A stretch of 64,000 nucleotides of DNA from Rhodospirillales bacterium. GTDB lineage: Bacteria > Pseudomonadota > Alphaproteobacteria > Acetobacterales > Acetobacteraceae. Each line of letters begins with the position of its first letter. Position 1 is the first letter of the stretch. Positions 51,831 to 64,000 of the stretch are shown piece after piece. The position numbers were made by a program, and so were the translations under genes. Under the pieces are notes generated by a model that did no database searches, was not told the DNA's origin, and saw nothing but the letters and a program-made list of their open reading frames with translations. The stretch covers positions 947 to 64,946 of the forward strand of contig JAGWNT010000005.1 of assembly GCA_028871195.1 (NCBI GenBank), given 5' to 3'.

Positions 51831-52780
51831 TGGCCGCACGCGCCGTGCCGCATCTGGCGGACACGCTGCCGCCGCTGCGCGGCCGCACGCAGCCGGACGC
51901 GCCGCTTGCGCCGATGACGTGGTTTCGCGTCGGCGGCACGGCCGAGGTGCTGGTGCGTCCGGCGGATGCCGAGGATCTCGCCGATTTCCTGCGCGCCCTG
52001 CCGCACGAGATTCCGGTGACGGTGATCGGCGCCGCCTCGAACCTGATCGTGCGCGATGGCGGCATCGGCGGCGTCGTGGTGCGCCTGGCGCGCGGCTTCG
52101 GCGCCATCGAGATCGAGCGCGACGGCGTGCTCGCCGGCGCGGCCGCGCTCGATGTCACCGTCGCCGAGCACGCCGCCGCCGCCGGGCTCGCGGGGCTCGA
52201 GTTCCTGTCGGGCATTCCAGGCAGCATCGGTGGCGCGGTGGCGATGAATGCCGGCGCCTATGGCAGCGACGTCGCCGGCACGCTGGATTGGGCCGAGCTG
52301 GTGACGCGCAGCGGTGAGAAGGTACGCCTGTCGGCGAGCCAGCTCGCCTTCGCCTATCGCCATGCGAGCCTGCCGCCGGGCGGCATCGTGGTGCGCGCCC
52401 GCTTCCGTGCGCAGGCGGGCGAGCCGGCGTTGATCGCCACCCGCATGGCCGAAATCCGCGCCGCCCGCGAGGCAAGCCAGCCGGTGCGCGCGCGCACCGG
52501 CGGCTCGACCTTCCGCAACCCGGACGCGGCCCTCTGCGGCGGCATGAAGGCGTGGGAGCTGATCGACGCCGCGGGCTGCCGCGGGCTCGCGCGCGGGGGC
52601 GCGCAGGTGTCCGAAAAGCACTGCAACTTCCTCATCAACACCGGCGACGCGACGGCCGCGGACATCGAGGGGCTGGGCGAGGAGGTGCGCGCGCGCGTGC
52701 ACGCGATGAGCGGGATTTCGCTGGTCTGGGAAATCCGCCGCATCGGGCGCCCGGCGCCCCGGCTGGAGGCGGTGACATGA
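51827..52780 (+). CDS. murB: UDP-N-acetylenolpyruvoylglucosamine reductase
   Basis: [32 protein letters not shown] and KHCNF. Confidence 0.96.
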   Translation: MMAARAVPHLADTLPPLRGRTQPDAPLAPMTWFRVGGTAEVLVRPADAEDLADFLRALPHEIPVTVIGAASNLIVRDGGIGGVVVRLARGFGAIEIERDGVLAGAAALDVTVAEHAAAAGLAGLEFLSGIPGSIGGAVAMNAGAYGSDVAGTLDWAELVTRSGEKVRLSASQLAFAYRHASLPPGGIVVRARFRAQAGEPALIATRMAEIRAAREASQPVRARTGGSTFRNPDAALCGGMKAWELIDAAGCRGLARGGAQVSEKHCNFLINTGDATAADIEGLGEEVRARVHAMSGISLVWEIRRIGRPAPRLEAVT

Positions 52781-53694
52781 AGCGCGTGGCGGTACTCTAT
52801 GGCGGCATCTCGGCCGAGCGCGAGGTCAGCCTCGCCTCCGGACGGCAGGTGATCGTCGCGCTGAGCGAGGCGGGCTACACGGTCGTCCCGATCGAGGTCG
52901 GCGCCGATCTGGGCGCCGTCCTCGCGGCACTCGACCCCCGGCCCGACGCGGTCTTCAACGCGCTGCACGGCCGCTTCGGCGAGGATGGCGCGATCCAGGG
53001 CGTGCTGGACTGGCTCGACATCCCCTACACCCATTCCGGCGTGCGCGCCTCGGCGCTGGCGATGGACAAGGCGGCGGCAAAGGCGGTGTTCCAGGCTGCG
53101 GGTTTGCCGGTGGCGCGCGGGCGGATGGTCGACATCTCCGAGCTCGAGCAGGGCGATCCGCTGCCGCTCCCCTACGTCGTCAAGCCGGTCAACGAGGGCT
53201 CCTCCGTCGGCGTCGAGATCATCCGCGCGGGCGACAACCGCCGGGCCGCCGTGGCCGCCGGCTGGCGTTTCGGCGGGCAGGCGCTGGTCGAGGAATACAT
53301 CCCCGGCCGCGAGCTCACCGTCGGCGTGATGGGCGAGCAGGCGCTGGCGGTGACCGAGATCGAGGCCAGCCATAATTTCTACGATTATGAATCGAAATAC
53401 GCCGAGGGCGGCTCGCGCCACGTCATCCCCGCCCAGGTCGATGCCGGCATCTATGTCCGCGCGCAGGAACTGGCGGTGGCGGCACACCGGGCGCTGGGCT
53501 GCCGCGGCGCCTCGCGCGCGGATTTCCGGTACGACGACACCGCCGGCGAGCCGGGGCGGCTCGTGCTGCTCGAGGTCAACACCCAACCCGGGCTGACGCC
53601 GACCTCGCTGCTGCCCGAGCAGGCCGCGCATCTGGGCATGTCGTTTCCGGCACTCTGCGCCTGGATGGTGGAGAACGCCGCATGCCGCGCGTGA
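52777..53694 (+). CDS. ddl: D-alanine--D-alanine ligase
   Basis: GGISAEREVS, LHGRFGEDG, EGSSVG, YDYESKY and EVNTQPG. Confidence 0.96.
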   Translation: MKRVAVLYGGISAEREVSLASGRQVIVALSEAGYTVVPIEVGADLGAVLAALDPRPDAVFNALHGRFGEDGAIQGVLDWLDIPYTHSGVRASALAMDKAAAKAVFQAAGLPVARGRMVDISELEQGDPLPLPYVVKPVNEGSSVGVEIIRAGDNRRAAVAAGWRFGGQALVEEYIPGRELTVGVMGEQALAVTEIEASHNFYDYESKYAEGGSRHVIPAQVDAGIYVRAQELAVAAHRALGCRGASRADFRYDDTAGEPGRLVLLEVNTQPGLTPTSLLPEQAAHLGMSFPALCAWMVENAACRA

Positions 53695-54617
53695 AGCCCG
53701 CAGCCCCTTCGCGCATGCAGGACCGTCCGGGGCGGTGGAAGTTGCTGTGGCGGCGGCAACGCAAGCTGCGCCGCCCGGCGCTGCTCGGCGCCGCAGTGCT
53801 GGCGCTCATGCTGGTGTTCGCGATCGTGGTGCGCGTCGGTGGCAGCGGAGCGAGCTTCGACGAACGCTTCGGCAACCTCACCGCCCGGCTCGGCTTCAAC
53901 GTGCAGAAGCTGGTGATCGAGGGGCGGCAGAAGACGCCCGAGCCGATGCTGCGCGCGGCGCTGGGCATCACCCGGGGCGATCCCATCCTGACCTTCGGCG
54001 TGGCCGACGCCCGGGCGCGCATCGAGACGATCAACTGGGTGCAGTCCGCCACCGTCGAGCGGCGGCTGCCGGACACCATCCTGGTGCATCTGGTGGAGCG
54101 GCGGCCATTCGCGGTGTGGCAGCACAACGGCAAGTTCGTGCTGATCGACCGCGACGGCAACACGGTGACCGACGCCGACGTGGCGGCCTTCGCAAGCCAG
54201 GTGCCGCTGGTGGTCGGCGCCGGCGCGCCGCATGCCGCGGCCGCCCTGCTCGACACGCTGAGCACCCAGCCGACGCTGCTCGCGCGCATGGTCGCGGCCG
54301 TCCGGGTCGGCGAGCGGCGGTGGAATCTGCGCATGAACAACGGCGCCGATGTCGAGCTGCCGGAGGATGCCGAGGCGCCGGCGCTGGCCCGGCTGGCGCA
54401 GCTCGAGACCCAGTACAAGCTGCTCGACCGCCCGCTGCGCGTCATCGACATGCGCCTGCCCGACCGGCTGGTGCTGCGCCCGCTGCCGGCGACGCCCGCC
54501 CAGGCGACACCCGCCCAGACGGCGACCGGCCCCGGCGGCGCGCGCGCCCCGGCCGCCACGCCGGCCCCCGCCGCCCCCCCTGCCCCGGCTTCAGCCCAGA
54601 CGAGGAAACCGACATGA
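53682..54617 (+). CDS. ftsQ: Cell division protein FtsQ
   Basis: TM helix, POTRA domain (WVQSATVERRLPD), RRWNL and IDMRLPDR; located between ddl and ftsA. Confidence 0.92.
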   Translation: MPRVKPAAPSRMQDRPGRWKLLWRRQRKLRRPALLGAAVLALMLVFAIVVRVGGSGASFDERFGNLTARLGFNVQKLVIEGRQKTPEPMLRAALGITRGDPILTFGVADARARIETINWVQSATVERRLPDTILVHLVERRPFAVWQHNGKFVLIDRDGNTVTDADVAAFASQVPLVVGAGAPHAAAALLDTLSTQPTLLARMVAAVRVGERRWNLRMNNGADVELPEDAEAPALARLAQLETQYKLLDRPLRVIDMRLPDRLVLRPLPATPAQATPAQTATGPGGARAPAATPAPAAPPAPASAQTRKPT

Positions 54618-55915
54618 ACGACATGTCCCGCCGCGTGCTGACGCCACCGACGCTGGAGGCCGAGCCGCCGCCGCGGCTGCGGGGGCGCCATTCCGGACCG
54701 TTCGGCGTGCTCGACATCGGCACCAGCAAGATCGCCTGCGTCATCGGGCGGGTGGAATCGGACGGCAGCCTGCGGGTGATCGGGTTCGGCTGGCAGAAGG
54801 GGCGCGGCGTGCGCGGCGGCGGCATCCTCGACATCGAGGAAGCCGAGCGCGCCATCCGCGCCGCCGTGGGCCAGGCCGAGGAAGAGGCCGGCATGCGGCT
54901 GCGCAGCGTCACGGTCAACCTGTCCGCCGGCCAGCCGGAGAGCCGGCTGTTCAACATGCAATGGCCGATCGGCGGGCGGGCGGTGGGCGAGCAGGATATC
55001 CGCCGCATCCTCGCCGAGGGGCGGGCGCGGGCGGCCACCGAGAACCGCAGCATCATCCACGCCCTGCCGCTGGCCTTCGCGGCCGACGGGGCGGAGGGGG
55101 TAATCGATCCGCGCGGCCTGCATTGCGATGTGCTGGGCAGCCGGCTGCACGTGGTTGACGCGGTCACGACGGCTCTGCGCACGCTCGATGCGTGTCTGTC
55201 ACGCTGCGATCTGGAGATTGCCGAGCTGGTGTCTGCGCCTATGGCCGCGGGCATGGCCACGCTCGTCGAGGACGAGCGGCTGCTGGGCGCAACCGTGCTC
55301 GACATGGGCGGCGGCACCACCGGCATGGCGGTGTTCGCCGAGGGCCACCTGATGCACACGGCCCAGCTGCCGATCGGCGGCGTGCACGTGACCAACGACA
55401 TCGCGCGCATCCTCTCCACGCCCGTGGCGCATGCCGAGCGGCTGAAGACCCTTTACGGCAGCGCGCAATCCAGCCCGGACGACGAGCGCGAGATGCTGCC
55501 GGTGCCGCTGGTCGGCGAGGAGGAGCACCAGATCGCCAAGGTGCCGCGCAGCATGGTGGTGAACATCATCAAGCCGCGCCTCGAAGAAACCTTCGAGATG
55601 GTCAAGGAGCGCATCGAGGCCTCGGGCCTGGCGCGCGCCGCGGGCCACCGGGTGGTGCTGACGGGCGGCGCCTCGCAGCTCTCGGGCGTGCGCGACATGG
55701 CGCACCGCATTCTCGGCCGCCAGGTGCGCGCCGGGCGGCCGGCGCCGCTGCGCGGCCTGCCGGACAGTGCCGCCGGCCCGGCCTTCGCAACCACCATCGG
55801 GCTGCTCGCCTGGGCCGCCGGCGAGGGGCGCAGCCTGCCCGACATCGATCTGGACGGCGAGGCGCCGCGCGGGCGGTTCGCCCGTTTCGTCAATTTCCTA
55901 CGCAATCTCGCTTGA
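54614..55915 (+). CDS. ftsA: Cell division protein FtsA
   Basis: [29 protein letters not shown] and a C-terminal amphipathic helix. Confidence 0.96.
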   Translation: MNDMSRRVLTPPTLEAEPPPRLRGRHSGPFGVLDIGTSKIACVIGRVESDGSLRVIGFGWQKGRGVRGGGILDIEEAERAIRAAVGQAEEEAGMRLRSVTVNLSAGQPESRLFNMQWPIGGRAVGEQDIRRILAEGRARAATENRSIIHALPLAFAADGAEGVIDPRGLHCDVLGSRLHVVDAVTTALRTLDACLSRCDLEIAELVSAPMAAGMATLVEDERLLGATVLDMGGGTTGMAVFAEGHLMHTAQLPIGGVHVTNDIARILSTPVAHAERLKTLYGSAQSSPDDEREMLPVPLVGEEEHQIAKVPRSMVVNIIKPRLEETFEMVKERIEASGLARAAGHRVVLTGGASQLSGVRDMAHRILGRQVRAGRPAPLRGLPDSAAGPAFATTIGLLAWAAGEGRSLPDIDLDGEAPRGRFARFVNFLRNLA

Positions 55916-55970
55916 GGCCGGTGCGAATCGGCCACGCACGATACAAGCCGCTTTCCTGGGGAGACATCCG

Positions 55971-57725
55971 ATGACCCTGAACCTGACCGTTTCGCCGCAG
56001 CTGCATATCGACTTCACCCCCCGGATCACCGTGATCGGCGTCGGCGGCGGCGGCACCAATGCCGTCGACAACATGATCGCCATGAACCTTCAGGGCGTCG
56101 AATTCGTCGTGGCCAACACCGACGCGCAGCAGCTCGTGCACTCGCGCGCGAGCCGGCGCATCCAGCTTGGCCCGCACCTCACCCAGGGGCTCGGCGCCGG
56201 CGCGAAGCCGGAGATCGGACGGGCCGCGGCCGAGGAGGCGATCGACGAGCTCGATCGTCATCTCGAAGGCGCGCACATGGTCTTCATCACGGCCGGCATG
56301 GGCGGCGGCACCGGCACCGGGGCGGCGCCGGTCATCGCGCGCATGGCCCGCGAGCGCGGCATCCTGACCGTCGGCGTGGTCACCAAGCCGTTCACCTTCG
56401 AAGGCAGCCGGCGCGCCCGCGCCGCCGATGCGGGCATCGGCGAGCTGCAACAATACGTCGATACGCTGATCGTGATTCCGAACCAGAACCTGTTCCGTCT
56501 CGCCAATGAGCGGACCGGCTGGAAGGAAGCCTTCAAGATGGCCGACAACGTCCTCTACATGGGCGTGCGCGGCGTCACCGACCTGATGGTCGCCCCCGGC
56601 ATGGTCAATCTGGACTTTGCCGATATCCGCACGGTGATGGCGGAGATGGGCAAGGCGATGATGGGCACCGGCGAGGCCGAGGGCGAGAACCGCGCCATCC
56701 GTGCAGCCGAATCCGCGATCAGCAACCCGCTGCTGGAGGATACCTGCATGGCCGGCGCGCGCGGCCTGCTGATCAACATCACCGGCGGCGAGGATATGAC
56801 GCTGTTCGAAGTCGATCAGGCGGCCAACCGCATCCGCGAGGAAGTGGACGAGGAAGCCAACATCATCTTCGGCTCGGCGATCGATGATTCGCTGCAGGGC
56901 CGGATCCGCGTCTCGGTGGTGGCGACCGGCATCGAGTCCGCCGAGAGCCGCAACGCCGAGCGCCCCAAGCTGATCGCCGTCGGCGGCGGCGCGGTGCATG
57001 CGGTGGGTCAGCCGATCGGTGGCGGCACGACGGCCGGCGCCCAGGCCGTCGGCGGCGCGCCGGGCACGGCGGCACCGCAGCCGACGCTGCTGCGCCCCGG
57101 CGTGCCGGCCGGCTTCGTGGCACCCCGCCCGCCGGGCCCCGCGGCGCGACCAGCGGCCGGCGGCATCGCCCCGCTTCAGGCAAGTCCGCTGCAGGCAAGC
57201 CCGCTACAGGCAGCCCCCGCCCATGCGGCCCAGCCAATGGCCTTGCAGACCCCGCCGCGCGCGCCCGAAATGGACATCGCCCCCCCGCAAGTCCAGATGC
57301 AGCCCCAGGTGCAGGGCCAGCCCGCGCAGCCGACGCCGGCCCCCATCTACGATGTCGAATTCGATGAGCCGCCCATGGGGCCACGGCCGATTCCGGCGCA
57401 TTTGCAGCAGCCGCTGCGGCCGCAGCCGGCCAAGCCGCGCCCGGCCCCGCGCAATGGCGGCCTGTTCGCCGATCCGCCGCGCGCCGATGGGCCGGCGCCC
57501 GGGCCGGCACCGAAGCGCAGCCTGTTCGGCATCGTCACCGGTGCGCTGCGCGGCGGGCTGCCCACCGAGCAGGCGCCGCGTGCCGAGGCGGCGGCCCAGC
57601 AGGCCGCACAGTATGCCGCCCAGCACGAGGCGCCGGCCGAAGCGCCGCGGCCTGAATTGCGCCAGACGGGCGGCGAGGAAATGGGCATCGACATTCCCGC
57701 CTTCCTGCGCCGGCAATCCTCGTAG
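55971..57725 (+). CDS. ftsZ: Cell division protein FtsZ (584 aa, long linker)
   Basis: GVGGGG, tubulin signature [15 protein letters not shown] and C-terminal [12 protein letters not shown]. Confidence 0.98.
   Translation: MTLNLTVSPQLHIDFTPRITVIGVGGGGTNAVDNMIAMNLQGVEFVVANTDAQQLVHSRASRRIQLGPHLTQGLGAGAKPEIGRAAAEEAIDELDRHLEGAHMVFITAGMGGGTGTGAAPVIARMARERGILTVGVVTKPFTFEGSRRARAADAGIGELQQYVDTLIVIPNQNLFRLANERTGWKEAFKMADNVLYMGVRGVTDLMVAPGMVNLDFADIRTVMAEMGKAMMGTGEAEGENRAIRAAESAISNPLLEDTCMAGARGLLINITGGEDMTLFEVDQAANRIREEVDEEANIIFGSAIDDSLQGRIRVSVVATGIESAESRNAERPKLIAVGGGAVHAVGQPIGGGTTAGAQAVGGAPGTAAPQPTLLRPGVPAGFVAPRPPGPAARPAAGGIAPLQASPLQASPLQAAPAHAAQPMALQTPPRAPEMDIAPPQVQMQPQVQGQPAQPTPAPIYDVEFDEPPMGPRPIPAHLQQPLRPQPAKPRPAPRNGGLFADPPRADGPAPGPAPKRSLFGIVTGALRGGLPTEQAPRAEAAAQQAAQYAAQHEAPAEAPRPELRQTGGEEMGIDIPAFLRRQSS
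57171..57215 (+). repeat. 3 x 15-bp in-frame tandem repeat in the FtsZ linker ([15 protein letters not shown])
   Basis: ccgcttcaggcaagt / ccgctgcaggcaagc / ccgctacaggcagcc. Confidence 0.85.
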
Positions 57726-57811
57726 CCGCCACAAGGCCGTAACGCACCGCAAAAGAAGCCTTATTTTCAACACATTAAACCGAAACATTCGGCAATAATC
57801 ATTGACTGGTG

Positions 57812-57845
57812 AACCGGGTGGAGGCCGCTTAGCTTCCACCCGGTT
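57812..57845 (+). other. Stem-loop in the ftsZ-lpxC spacer
   Basis: AACCGGGTGGAGGC-cgctta-GCTTCCACCCGGTT forms a 14-bp stem with one G-U pair; no U-tract follows. Confidence 0.65.
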
Positions 57846-57886
57846 GTCATATCTGGGCGGCCGGATTGAGGAGTTTCGGTTTGGCG

Positions 57887-58891
57887 ATGGATGGCTTGCC
57901 GCAAACGCTGCCGCTGCAGATGATCGCGACGCCCCAGCGCACGCTGAAGGCATCCATCGGCTGCGTCGGCATCGGGCTGCATTCCGGCCGCAAGATCGCG
58001 CTGACGCTGCATCCGGCGCCGATCGGCAGCGGCATCGTCTTCCGCCGCAGCGATATGGGCGTCGAAATCCCGGCGCGCTTCGATCATGTCGTCGAGACCC
58101 GCCTGTGCACGGTGCTGGCGCGGCCCGACCGGCCGGAAGCCCGCATCGCCACCGTCGAGCACGTCATGGCGGCACTCGCCGGCTGCGGCATCAGCAACGC
58201 GGTGGTCGAGATCGACGGGCCGGAAGTGCCGATCCTCGACGGGTCGGCGGCGAGCTTCGTCTTCCTCGTCGATTGTGCCGGCATCCTGGTGCAGGACGCC
58301 GCAGCCCCGGTCATCGAAATCCTGCGCCCGGTGCGGGTGACCCAGGGCGATGCGATGGTCGAGCTGCGGCCGGCGCCGTTCGGGTTCGACATGGCGCTGT
58401 CGATCGATTTCGCCGCCGCGGCGATCGGCCGGCAGGCGCTGTCCCTGCGGCTCTCCGCCGAGTCGTTCCGCGGCGAGCTGGCGCGGGCGCGCACCTTCAC
58501 GCTGGCCTCGGAAATCGCCAGCCTGCGTGCCGCCGGCCTGGCGCTGGGCGGCAGCCTGGAGAACGCGGTGGTGGTGGATGAGGCGCGGGTGCTGAACCCG
58601 GCCGGGCTGCGCATGCCGGATGAATTCGTCCGCCACAAGCTGCTCGACGCGGTTGGCGATCTGGCCTTGGCCGGCGCCCAGCTGCGCGGCCGGTTCATCG
58701 GCCACCGCGCCGGGCACGCGCTGAACAACCAGCTGCTGCGCGCGCTGTTCGCCGACGACGCCAACTGGGCCATCGCGCCGACGGGCAGGCTGGCCGGCGA
58801 GGCCTCGCCGATGCTGCGCGGCAGCGCCGGGCTGCCCAGCCTCGCCGCCTGGCAGGAGCGCCATCTGCCAGTGGCAGCCGCCCCAGTCTAA
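57887..58891 (+). CDS. lpxC: UDP-3-O-acyl-GlcNAc deacetylase
   Basis: QRTL, GIGLHSG, TVEH, PILDGS, ARTF and RHKLLDAVGDL. Confidence 0.96.
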   Translation: MDGLPQTLPLQMIATPQRTLKASIGCVGIGLHSGRKIALTLHPAPIGSGIVFRRSDMGVEIPARFDHVVETRLCTVLARPDRPEARIATVEHVMAALAGCGISNAVVEIDGPEVPILDGSAASFVFLVDCAGILVQDAAAPVIEILRPVRVTQGDAMVELRPAPFGFDMALSIDFAAAAIGRQALSLRLSAESFRGELARARTFTLASEIASLRAAGLALGGSLENAVVVDEARVLNPAGLRMPDEFVRHKLLDAVGDLALAGAQLRGRFIGHRAGHALNNQLLRALFADDANWAIAPTGRLAGEASPMLRGSAGLPSLAAWQERHLPVAAAPV

Positions 58892-58996
58892 CGTTCCGCC
58901 TGATACCCCGCCTGGCATCCCGTTCGAGGCAGGCATTCGAGTTGGGGTTCGCCTCCGCGCCCGGCGTGCTATAAGCGGCGCCTGTCAGTTTTCCCG

Positions 58997-59878
58997 GTGA
59001 CCGCCTTGCACATTTCCCGCTTTCTCGCGCGCTCCCTTTCCGCGTCCCTGCTGCTGGCCACGCTGGCCGGCTGCTCATGGATCTCGCCGTGGAGCGGCAA
59101 TGTGAGCGATCTCGCGCCGAAGGAGGACGCCAGCAACATCCCGGTCGAAGACCTGTACAATCACGGCGTCGATGCGCTGAACGCAAAGGACTACACGAGC
59201 GCGTCCAAGCAGTTCGACCTGGTCGAGCAGAACTACCCGTATTCGAGCTGGGCGGTGAACGCGCAGCTCATGCAGGGTTACTCCCAGTACCTCATGCACA
59301 ACTACACCGATGCCACGGGAACGCTGGATCGCTTCATCCAGCTGCACCCGTCCAACCACGACATCGCCTACGCCTATTATCTGCGCGCGCTGTGCTTCTA
59401 TGAGCAGATTTCCGACGTCAAGCGCGACCAGAAAGCAACGCAGGAGGCGATCACCGCGTTGCAGGACGTGGTCAACCGCTTCCCCGACAGTTCCTACGCC
59501 CGCGATGCGCGGCTGAAGATCGATCTCGGGCGCGACCATCTGGCCGGGCATGAGATGGAGATCGGGCGTTTCTACGAGAACCAGCACCTCTACGCCGCCG
59601 CGATCGGCCGTTTCCAGCGGGTGGTGGATGATTTCCAGACCACAAACCACGTCGCCGAGGCCCTGCACCGGCTGACCGAGATCTACCTCATTCTCGGCCT
59701 GCCCGACCAGGCGCGGCGGGCGGCGGCCGTGCTCGGGCATAATTATCCGGGCAGCCCGTGGTATCGTGACAGCTACAACCAGCTGCTGGCCGACGGACAA
59801 GTGCCCAACGCCAAGGGTGGCCCGGTGCCGAGCAACGAGCCCGGCTTCCTCAGCCGCGCGTGGCATACGATCTTCTGA
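58997..59878 (+). CDS. bamD: Outer membrane protein assembly lipoprotein BamD
   Basis: Lipobox LAGC, TPR repeats, RDQ...FPDSSYA and LGHNYPGSPWY. Confidence 0.93.
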   Translation: MTALHISRFLARSLSASLLLATLAGCSWISPWSGNVSDLAPKEDASNIPVEDLYNHGVDALNAKDYTSASKQFDLVEQNYPYSSWAVNAQLMQGYSQYLMHNYTDATGTLDRFIQLHPSNHDIAYAYYLRALCFYEQISDVKRDQKATQEAITALQDVVNRFPDSSYARDARLKIDLGRDHLAGHEMEIGRFYENQHLYAAAIGRFQRVVDDFQTTNHVAEALHRLTEIYLILGLPDQARRAAAVLGHNYPGSPWYRDSYNQLLADGQVPNAKGGPVPSNEPGFLSRAWHTIF

Positions 59879-59935
59879 CCCCGCCCGGCCGGGCCCGGGA
59901 CGCCGCGTGCTGAGCACGCTCCCGCTGAGGCACCC

Positions 59936-63666
<3,731 letters not shown>

Positions 63667-63762
63667 GATTTCGCTGGCCAGCCTGCCGCTTGCCGCGCAA
63701 CCTGCCGGAACGGCGGCAGGCATTCCGGGCTGATGTTCCCGATTCGGGCCGAAAGGGCAGCG

Positions 63763-64000
63763 GTGCAACGCACGGAAAAGAGCGAAAGGACCCCTGGCCG
63801 CCTGCGGGTGCTCATCGTCGAGGACACGCCGACGGTGGCAGCGACCTTGCAGGCCGGGCTGCACGCGGCCGGGCTGGGCACCGACATCGCGCAGACCGGC
63901 GCCGAGGCACTCGCCCGCAAGGCAAGTTTCGCGCCCGACATCGTGCTGGTCGATCTCGGCCTGCCGGACATGAGCGGGCTCGATCTGGTGCGCAGCTTCG
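63763..64000 (+). CDS. Response regulator receiver domain (partial, runs off the right edge)
   Basis: Translated by hand: RVLIVED...PDIVLVDLGLPDMSGLDLVR. Start is GTG 63763 or ATG 63733. Confidence 0.85.
   Translation, partial: MQRTEKSERTPGRLRVLIVEDTPTVAATLQAGLHAAGLGTDIAQTGAEALARKASFAPDIVLVDLGLPDMSGLDLVRSF

Noticed and set aside
59905..59919. Palindrome GCGTGCT-G-AGCACGC upstream of recN, sharing the GCTGAGC core with the LysR box
   Set aside because: It lacks the CATA/ATG ends and T-N11-A, and short GC-rich palindromes are common at this composition.
58892..59935. LexA box before bamD or recN
   Set aside because: The GTTC/ATTC tetramers are spaced 8-9 nt apart, not 7, and there are none before recN.

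Overview
High-GC alphaproteobacterial DNA, probably Acetobacteraceae-like judging from the FtsZ, Mur and rnpB sequences (inference). It has three parts. (1) 1-25.6 kb is an accessory catabolic cluster. It holds two peptide/opine-type (family 5) ABC importers, two back-to-back three-subunit opine-oxidase/HcnABC-family flavoenzymes, two paralogous DAO-family oxidases, a Mas1-like SDR, a HAD hydrolase, a class III aminotransferase broken by a 1-bp frameshift, a 2-hydroxyacid dehydrogenase, a GNAT, an StcD-like flavoprotein and one LysR regulator. A second copy of the LysR gene's palindromic operator-like box lies between the two oxidase operons. (2) 25.6-38.2 kb contains mgtA, arfB, an FkbM methyltransferase, an AsmA-family protein, 5-oxoprolinase, djlA, an amidase and the RNase P RNA gene. 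(3) 38.6-64 kb is an uninterrupted dcw cluster (mraZ to ftsZ) followed by lpxC, bamD, recN, ligA and a partial response regulator; upstream are MraZ-type repeats and an unexpected perfect alphaproteobacterial LexA box. I found no CRISPR array, tRNA, rRNA, transposase or integrase. The best candidate for an undescribed system is the catabolic cluster, whose substrate cannot be read from sequence alone.
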